Shown in pieces: positions 57,130 through 64,000 of a stretch of DNA of 64,000 bases. Origin of the DNA: Vulcanimicrobiota bacterium (GTDB lineage Bacteria; Vulcanimicrobiota; SpSt-956; JAKJGF01); assembly GCA_036746235.1 (NCBI GenBank), contig DAIOEN010000005.1, forward strand, positions 7,879-71,878. Reading direction: 5' to 3'. The position numbers and the translations under genes were made by a program. Each line of letters opens with the position of its first letter. The first letter of the stretch is position 1. The notes under the pieces are model-generated. The model was given only the letters and a program-made list of their open reading frames with translations. It did not search any database and was not told the origin of the DNA.

Positions 57130-57684
57130 ATGCCAGTAATAGGCCAGTATGGTGGACAGAATTTTGGAGGTTTTATGGTAGCAGATCGCAGTATTAAATC
57201 TTCTAATACTCCGAGAGAGCTTACGACAATAGGTTTTTCACCTCCTGATAAAACGGGAAAAAAAGAGTTAAACCAGAATCTGAGTGCTATGAATGATTTT
57301 TACGGGAAGGATGCTTCCGGGTTTACTCCTGTAACGGCAGAAAATAATAAAGAAGTGGATGAACCTCACTACTTTGCTCCAGAACCTCAGAAAAGAGGTT
57401 TGTTTTCCCGGGAAAAAAGCGGACATTTCGATGATGCCTTAAATTCTCTATGTTCACCCGGTTCGAAAAAGGGTATAATCGGTGCAACCTCAAATTCTGC
57501 AAAGTTTTTTGGACTTGGTTCTTATTGCCTCGCAGGAGGAGCTGTTGAAAAGATAACCACTTCTACTACTCTTGGTAAAGTTGTAGGCACTGCAGTCGGA
57601 GTTCCCATGGCGGTAATAGGTGGAGGTCTCGGACTTATCTTTGGAACGTTAACGGCTCCTCTGAATGGACATGGTCTTATGTGA
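57130..57684 (+). CDS. hypothetical protein with glycine-zipper C-terminus
   Basis: aaagga RBS before ATG 57130 (MPVIGQYGGQNF..). C-terminal GKVVGTAVGVPMAVIGGGLGLIFGTL. Shares the block NLSAMNDFYGKDASGFT with 57823 (HLTATKDFYTKDTNDFT). Confidence 0.65.
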   Translation: MPVIGQYGGQNFGGFMVADRSIKSSNTPRELTTIGFSPPDKTGKKELNQNLSAMNDFYGKDASGFTPVTAENNKEVDEPHYFAPEPQKRGLFSREKSGHFDDALNSLCSPGSKKGIIGATSNSAKFFGLGSYCLAGGAVEKITTSTTLGKVVGTAVGVPMAVIGGGLGLIFGTLTAPLNGHGLM

Positions 57685-57822
57685 TTGTATATTTCTGAAC
57701 ATATTAACGTTAAATGTTTGAGATAATTTTTATCTGACAGATCCTTATTCCCTGGTGATTTTACACGGAATATCTTAAGATACTCAAATTTTAACAGAAA
57801 ATAGAAAGCGAGGTAAATACTT

Positions 57823-59013
57823 ATGATCGGATCGTTGAAAAATACCGGTATTAATAACAATCAGTATTTAATTGCAAATCAGACAGGTATTAAAACAAGA
57901 GAAACACAGACTTCTTTCGATATAAAAGAAAATGAGCCAAAAAAACTTGACCCAGAGGTTCTGAACAAACATCTTACTGCAACAAAAGATTTTTATACGA
58001 AAGATACAAATGATTTCACTTCTATGGAATCTGCAAAAAATGCTGATAATACAGGCAATAAAGACATGGAAAATCTTAATCTGACAGGTAATGTTAATGA
58101 TCCCGGGACTCCTCAGGAAATCAGGGATTTTGCCGGAAAAGAAGATCTGGAAGGGAATGTGGCTTATTCTAAAAAGGATAATGTCCTTACACTCGTAGAC
58201 AATGGACGTGAGAATGCTTCATGTCTAGAGGAGAATTATTTTGATGGAAAGTCCCATGAAGGTGTGATGAGAGGCGGCGAGCCTGATAAGCCCACGAATT
58301 ATTATTATTGTGCCACTCCTACCGATGATCCCGACCATGTAGAATTAATGGGTACCGGTGAAGGTAAATATGGCAAAAAGTGGAAGGCCCATGTTTACAG
58401 AACTGAAGGCCCTGATGGTAAAATAACTTATAATACTGTGATGGGAAGCAATAAACCAGATCCTGCATTCAGTGCCAATGTAAATATGAAATACGATGCC
58501 GGCACTGTTGATGACCCGAAGACACCGTCAGACATTAAAAATCTTGCCCATGAAGATATGGAAGGAAAGATTGCCTATTATAAAAGCGGTAATGTTGTTA
58601 CAGTAATGGATAATGCCTGTGACAATCCTTCAAAGCTTCCTGAAGAGAATTATTTTGACGGAAAACAGCATGAAGCTGTCATGAAGGGCAGTGATCCCAA
58701 TAATCCGATACATTATAATTATATAGTTCAGCCGGATCCGAAAGACCCTGAGCATGTCACTCTATACGGGGAAGGGACAGGAACCTATGGAACAGGATGG
58801 GATGGAGATGTATACAGAGTGGTAGACCATGACGGTAAGGTTTCATATAAATCGGTTATCAGAATGAACAACAGGAGAGAGGCTATTGTAACAGGAAACA
58901 GTACTGTTTCTGACGATGGTGTAAAAAGGGATATTAACTGCTACAGACTCGGTTCTATGGACTGTTCTGAAGCCTATAACATGGATGGAACGTTTAATAG
59001 AGACTGGCTGTAA
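57823..59013 (+). CDS. hypothetical protein with two ~135-aa internal repeats (MIGSLKNTG.. N-terminus)
   Basis: gcgaggt RBS. Repeat blocks ..DPGTPQEIRDFAGKEDLEGNVAYSKKDNVLTLVDN..EENYFDGKSHEGVM.. and ..DPKTPSDIKNLAHEDMEGKIAYYKSGNVVTVMDN..EENYFDGKQHEAVM.. Confidence 0.7.
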   Translation: MIGSLKNTGINNNQYLIANQTGIKTRETQTSFDIKENEPKKLDPEVLNKHLTATKDFYTKDTNDFTSMESAKNADNTGNKDMENLNLTGNVNDPGTPQEIRDFAGKEDLEGNVAYSKKDNVLTLVDNGRENASCLEENYFDGKSHEGVMRGGEPDKPTNYYYCATPTDDPDHVELMGTGEGKYGKKWKAHVYRTEGPDGKITYNTVMGSNKPDPAFSANVNMKYDAGTVDDPKTPSDIKNLAHEDMEGKIAYYKSGNVVTVMDNACDNPSKLPEENYFDGKQHEAVMKGSDPNNPIHYNYIVQPDPKDPEHVTLYGEGTGTYGTGWDGDVYRVVDHDGKVSYKSVIRMNNRREAIVTGNSTVSDDGVKRDINCYRLGSMDCSEAYNMDGTFNRDWL

Positions 59014-59420
59014 TATGAAAAATATTTATACAAATGAAATGGGGTATGTAACGGAAAAAAGTATCTGTGAATCTGATGTTTCGTCTTGTTCTGTGCCGGA
59101 ATGATAATAATAGTAAGTGCTGATTGTAAAATAGACACAAAAAAACGATAATAAAATATCCATATAGAAAAATAATATATATAAATACCTGCAAAATCTG
59201 ACCTTTTGCATTTTTTATTCTGCTTCATATATTAAAGAAATCATATATTTCTCTCATTTTCATATCTTTTTTTTACTATAAATTAATGTTATCATAAATT
59301 TTATATATCGATTAAGCCTTTATATGTTAAAAGCTATTACCGGTCGGGATAAGGACATAAACATAAAAACCATTTAAAATACTTAATATCATTGCAGAAA
59401 TGAGCAGAATATAAAAAACT

Positions 59421-62400
59421 GTGGAAAAAATATATAAACTCATAAAAGAAAATAAATTATGGATTGAAGAAAAAGCTCTGTATTATATAAATACATACAG
59501 TGAGATTGAGAATCTGAACACCTGTGAAGGGCAGAAAGTATTTACCTTTAACAGTATTCATGAAACCCTGCTCTTAAGCCTGATACATGAGAAAAATCCT
59601 CTTAATAAAAATACTTATGTAGAACATATATGTTCTATGTCTGGAATTTTACATGCCAGAAGATACAGAGAGAAAAAAATAAATCACAGGGAATTTTTAT
59701 TTTTACTGAAATATTATATTCAGGCCCACAGCGATCTCCTTTTACAGGGAGCATACAGTGACATACATCTGGATGCATGTTCAATTACAAACATTGTTTT
59801 TCGTTTTATAAAAAATGGCTTTATTATGGAATGGCTTAATATGGATTATATAATCAACATAAAAGCTCTGGAAACAGGCCTCAGATATAATGAAAGAGAA
59901 TGGAAATATTTAGAAATATTGAAATATCCTGTTGTTCTGGTAAATGGAGAAAATAAAATCACAGTATTAAACAGAGCAGCAGAAAAGATGATAGAAGAAT
60001 ATACCATACCTGATAAAAAAGAATTTTTCTCATCCCATATACTGAAATACATAGAATCGGAAATATTTATTTTTTCTCTGATGAATAATTTTACCTTTAC
60101 CTTTCCTGTAAAAATCAATATAAAGAACAGGCCCTGTTATTTTAATATAAAAATGATAAAAATACTTTCCGGGAAAAAAACTGACAGGGAAATTGCCGTA
60201 ATCTTATCTGAAACGACAGAAGACATGGAAAATCCTGATAGAAACAGTATTCTTCATCGCGGCCTTTCAATTGAAAATCTCGTAGTAAAAATAGCAACCA
60301 GATTTATTAATATAGACTTTGACACTTTTGACAGTGAAATAGAAAAAAGCCTCAGGATTATAGGAGAATATACAGGAACAACATGTATTATAACTATTTT
60401 TTCAGAAGATAATACCTGCCATTATGAATGGTTTCCTGAAGGAACAATCACTACAGAATATTCTCAAAGTAGTAATAATAAAAAATTTCCCTGGCTTATG
60501 GAGATGATAGAAAAAGGTAAAACAATTTATATACCAAGAGTTGCAGATATGTCCTGTGAAGCAGAGATAGAGAAAGAATATTTTAAAAAAATTAATGTTA
60601 AATCCGTACTTGCCATTCCCCTCTGTCTTAATAAAAAACCTCTGGGTTATATGGGATTTTATAATTATTACAATTTGAAAAACTGGTATAAAGATGATAT
60701 AAAACTCCTCACACTCCTGGGAGATATATTTGTAAATGTATGGCACCGTTATGAAACAGACAGGCAATTAAAAAAATATCAGGAAAATCTTGAATATATG
60801 GTAGCAGAAAGAACTTATGAACTGACAGTTGCAAACAGACAGCTTGAAGAAGAAATCTGCAGCAGGAAAAAAGCAGAAGCCTATCTGAACCACTGGCTTT
60901 CTATGGAAGAATTAATTACAAATATAGCTACCAGATTTATTAATATTACAGTAGAAAATTTTGAAAGAGATATAAGGCACAGTCTTGAAGCCATCGGAAA
61001 ATTCGTAGAAATAGACAGAGCATGTCTGTATTTTTTTGAAATAAATAATAATTCCTGTAATTATGAATATTCTTTGGAAAATAACAGAAAAGATTGCAAT
61101 GGAAAAATGATTTCTGATTTTTTTTACAGTATATTAAAAAAAATAGGTAATTTTGAAGAAATAAATATTTCTTCTGTTTCATCTCTCGATGAAAAAAGAG
61201 AAGATAAAAAGTTATGGAAGTCCCATCATATCGAATCCATATTCATGATCCCTCTTTACAGTAGAAACAATCTGACAGGTTCTTTCTGTTTTATCATGAA
61301 AAATAAACATAGAGAATGGAGTGATGAAGAAAAAAGACTGGCTAAAATAACAGGTGAAATTTTAATAAAAGCCTGTGAAAGGTTCCGTATAACAAAAAAA
61401 ATGAATATACCTTCAGAACCATCTTCAGAACTTATGAGGTACCATAATATTATAGGTAAAAGCCAGGCAATGCAGGACATATATTCCAAAATAGAATATC
61501 TTTCAGACATTCAGAGTACAGTCCTTATTACAGGTGAAAGCGGAACAGGTAAAGAGCTTATAGCAGAAGCACTGCATTACAAAGGGGTAAGAAGACATAA
61601 ACCTCTTATAAAGGTAAACTGTCCTGCTCTATCGGAAAGCCTCCTTGAAAGTGAACTCTTCGGTCATGTAAAAGGAGCTTTTACCAGTGCAGTTAACAAC
61701 AGGACAGGACGTTTTAAACAGGCAGATGGAGGCACTATATTTCTGGATGAAATAGGTGATATATCCATTGAAACACAGAAAAAATTATTGAGAGTTCTTC
61801 AGGAGAAAGAATTTGAGCCTGTTGGTTCCTCTGTATCTGTAAAAGTAGACATACGCCTTATATCTGCTACGAATCAGGATCTTACTGAAAAAGTCAGAAA
61901 AGGAGATTTCAGGGAAGATTTATATTACCGTCTTGAAGTGGTGGAAATAAAACTGCCTCCTCTCAGAGAAAGAAAAGAAGATTTAATGTTAATTTCAGAA
62001 TATTTTATAAATATGTACAGTAAAAAATTAAATAAAAAAATAACATCTATGTCTGATGAGGTCCGTAATATTTTTATGAATTATTCATGGCCAGGTAATA
62101 TAAGAGAACTTGAACATACTGTAGAACACAGTCTTATATTCTGTAAAGGTGAAGAGATTATAGCTGAAAATTTACCTGATAAATTTAAATATCTGAATAA
62201 TAAACCTGTAGACGAACATAAAGAATCATGGGAAGCAAAAATTGTATCGGAATTAAAAGAACAGGAATTAAAAAAAGCAAAAAATAATATAGATAAAATT
62301 GACAGTGAAATTATTGCAATAAAAAAAGCTCTGGAAGAATGTAACAATAATATAAGTAAAGCCTCGAAAATTCTATCCATGAGCAGGCCGACATTATATA

Positions 62401-62432
62401 AAAAAATGGAAACATATAAAATAATAATGTAA
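59421..62432 (+). CDS. sigma-54-dependent transcriptional activator (bEBP) with GAF-type sensory region, AAA+ domain and C-terminal HTH
   Basis: 1003 aa, GTG start per track. [42 protein letters not shown]-terminal Fis-type HTH ..NNISKASKILSMSRPTLYKKM. Confidence 0.9.
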   Translation: MEKIYKLIKENKLWIEEKALYYINTYSEIENLNTCEGQKVFTFNSIHETLLLSLIHEKNPLNKNTYVEHICSMSGILHARRYREKKINHREFLFLLKYYIQAHSDLLLQGAYSDIHLDACSITNIVFRFIKNGFIMEWLNMDYIINIKALETGLRYNEREWKYLEILKYPVVLVNGENKITVLNRAAEKMIEEYTIPDKKEFFSSHILKYIESEIFIFSLMNNFTFTFPVKINIKNRPCYFNIKMIKILSGKKTDREIAVILSETTEDMENPDRNSILHRGLSIENLVVKIATRFINIDFDTFDSEIEKSLRIIGEYTGTTCIITIFSEDNTCHYEWFPEGTITTEYSQSSNNKKFPWLMEMIEKGKTIYIPRVADMSCEAEIEKEYFKKINVKSVLAIPLCLNKKPLGYMGFYNYYNLKNWYKDDIKLLTLLGDIFVNVWHRYETDRQLKKYQENLEYMVAERTYELTVANRQLEEEICSRKKAEAYLNHWLSMEELITNIATRFINITVENFERDIRHSLEAIGKFVEIDRACLYFFEINNNSCNYEYSLENNRKDCNGKMISDFFYSILKKIGNFEEINISSVSSLDEKREDKKLWKSHHIESIFMIPLYSRNNLTGSFCFIMKNKHREWSDEEKRLAKITGEILIKACERFRITKKMNIPSEPSSELMRYHNIIGKSQAMQDIYSKIEYLSDIQSTVLITGESGTGKELIAEALHYKGVRRHKPLIKVNCPALSESLLESELFGHVKGAFTSAVNNRTGRFKQADGGTIFLDEIGDISIETQKKLLRVLQEKEFEPVGSSVSVKVDIRLISATNQDLTEKVRKGDFREDLYYRLEVVEIKLPPLRERKEDLMLISEYFINMYSKKLNKKITSMSDEVRNIFMNYSWPGNIRELEHTVEHSLIFCKGEEIIAENLPDKFKYLNNKPVDEHKESWEAKIVSELKEQELKKAKNNIDKIDSEIIAIKKALEECNNNISKASKILSMSRPTLYKKMETYKIIM

Positions 62433-62694
62433 AGATAGCTGTTATTATAGTGGAAATTCCCGGTAAAGGTTCAGAAGAAATAGAGTGAAGTGACAGAAAA
62501 CAACAATTATTTATCTCTATATTTTTTTCAGGTTCTTGAAAAAATATTGCCCTGCAGAGGTGAGATGCTTGGCCCCATATATATCAACCTGAGGCTTTCT
62601 ATGTAAGAGAAAGCAGTAATTGAAAGGTGGAAGATTTCTTTTTTTTGTCAATGATGGTGTCCAGGTAATTTTTATCCCTTTATCTCTTCCTTGT

Positions 62695-62729
62695 ATTATA
62701 GTGTAGTTTGTTGTGAACTACACTATAAT
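62695..62729. repeat. 14-bp-stem inverted repeat attatagtgtagtt-tgttgtg-aactacactataat
   Basis: Read directly. Intergenic, 260 nt after the bEBP stop. Confidence 0.6.
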
Positions 62730-62916
62730 CTTAATTCAACACAGTACTTGACCTTTAAAAAATAAAAAATCCTATGTAATCCAGCTGAAAAATAGAACAA
62801 GTCTGGTTGAAAATTAGACTTTATTTATTCCTGTATAATAATAAGGTTTTTTTAGAGTAAGCTTGTTTCGAGCATCTATAGTGTATTTTATAACTTATTA
62901 GAATTTAAATAATTCT

Positions 62917-62975
62917 TAATGCGTAATGCGTAATGCGTAATAGGTTATTACCCCTTCGCATCATGCTTTACTTAT
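62917..62975 (+). repeat. 7-nt tandem array (taatgcg x3) plus gtaata..tattac hairpin
   Basis: taatgcgtaatgcgtaatgcgtaataggttattaccccttcgcatcatgc. Confidence 0.7.
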
Positions 62976-63065
62976 TACGAGATCATTAATTATGGATTGT
63001 TATGAAATTAACTATAATTGGCTAAAGTCGAGTATAAAATAAATATATTAAGATTTATTTTTTTT

Positions 63066-63165
63066 AACGTTGCTTTTTGCCTATTTTTATATAAAATTAC
63101 TATTTTTGCGGTTAACAATTTGTTAACAAATTATTTAAATAATTTCGCATTTAATCTGTTATGAT
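63066..63165 (+). promoter_or_regulatory. conserved regulon promoter module, copy Q
   Basis: aacgtt 63066-63071, tgcct 63078-63082, gttaacaatttgttaaca 63111-63128, 31 nt, tgt-tatgat (63160-63165). Confidence 0.75.
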
Positions 63166-63224
63166 AAAACAGAAATCAAATATGAATTATTTATGATTAT
63201 TTTAGTATTTAAGGAGTGATTTTA

Positions 63225-64000
63225 ATGATTGGTGATATCAATCTAAGCAGGAAAGAACTAAAAGATTCAGCTGTAAAGATGTTAGGCAAGCTTAAGGAAA
63301 AATCTACAAAGAGTGAAACCCTTTTGGGAAAAATTGACTATAAGGGTTTAGATTGTTTTGTTTCGGCAAGCAACATAGAAACTGAAACTACTTATCTATT
63401 TAGGTGGCAAAGCCCGGAAAAGGGAGAACATTTTCTTCATGATAAATATTCTACTTCAAAAGATGGAGAATTTTACGGAGAGCGTTATAGGAATTATAAA
63501 GGAGAATCTATCGGAAGTGTCTTTAATTATTTGAAAGATGGTTATGGAGAAACTCACTTTAGTATCGACCAGGATTTAATTCGTGGTACTATTGATGAGA
63601 TTACAGACAGACTTATTGATGGAGAAGAGGTTTTTATAGAAGAAGAAAAATTAATAAGAGGCACACTTAATGGGGACTATATAAATGAAGGGGAATTCTA
63701 CAGTACTTTTGATAATACAAGGACACCATTGAATTTGCAATTATTATGTGGTGGTCGAGAAGGTTATAGAACTACTTATTCTACAATTACTCAACTTAAT
63801 TCCGTATCAGACCTTGAAGCCCTGACCAGAATTGAAACTTTTGAAGAACCGAAGACAGAATTCGAAAGAATTGGTCAGTTTTTCGAAAAACTTGATTTAA
63901 AATCATCAAATCAGGAAAATCGTAAATACTGCTATCGTTTAAATGAAACAAAGGAGACAGGTTACAGTATTTACCCGGGGGATACCATATCTCCTTTTGA
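63225..64000 (+). CDS. hypothetical protein (MIGDINLSRKE.. N-terminus), 3' end beyond the window
   Basis: aaggag RBS 7 nt before ATG 63225. The frame looks open to the window edge by hand translation. Not in the track because it is open-ended. Confidence 0.55.
   Translation, partial: MIGDINLSRKELKDSAVKMLGKLKEKSTKSETLLGKIDYKGLDCFVSASNIETETTYLFRWQSPEKGEHFLHDKYSTSKDGEFYGERYRNYKGESIGSVFNYLKDGYGETHFSIDQDLIRGTIDEITDRLIDGEEVFIEEEKLIRGTLNGDYINEGEFYSTFDNTRTPLNLQLLCGGREGYRTTYSTITQLNSVSDLEALTRIETFEEPKTEFERIGQFFEKLDLKSSNQENRKYCYRLNETKETGYSIYPGDTISPF

Overview
AT-rich bacterial chromosomal segment; sampled lines run about 25-33% G+C by eye. I could not recognise any rRNA, tRNA or CRISPR array.

Housekeeping and sensory genes:
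- GH65 disaccharide phosphorylase plus beta-phosphoglucomutase (26.6-29.6 kb).
- Five-gene Opp/Dpp-type peptide ABC transporter (49.3-55.1 kb).
- SDR epimerase and a SAM methyltransferase.
- A phosphorelay cluster (34-43.5 kb) containing a visibly more G+C-rich 2031-aa hybrid sensor kinase.
- A second hybrid kinase (4.2-6.4 kb).
- A truncated Tn3-type transposase remnant.
- Four prepilin-like genes (44.4-49.3 kb).
- Two paralogous sigma-54 enhancer-binding proteins at the two ends of the window, both reading outward.

Main finding: a large accessory set of uncharacterised genes (about 7.6-26.4 kb, 30.3-31.4 kb, 32.7-33.4 kb, 57.1-59 kb and 63.2 kb onward).
- 13 transcription units are each preceded by the same ~100-bp promoter module: AACGTT-T-rich-TGTCT, then ~29 nt, then the direct repeat GTTAACA-N4-GTTAACA, then exactly 31 nt, then TAnnAT.
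- The proteins share a hydrophilic non-Sec N-terminus (MKINN.., MIGS.KN..).
- Many end in Gly/Ala-rich glycine-zipper membrane segments.
- Between these ends they carry interchangeable modules: a C11 clostripain-like protease fused to a YidD-like domain, an HExxH zincin, a papain-like amidase, an agmatine-deiminase/PAD-like enzyme, a DUF4105-like domain, and PepSY-like 'xETGxI' repeats.

I read this as a candidate undescribed co-regulated, polymorphic-effector-like system. Its function is inference only.

Several families of small intergenic repeats sit between the divergent promoter pairs.
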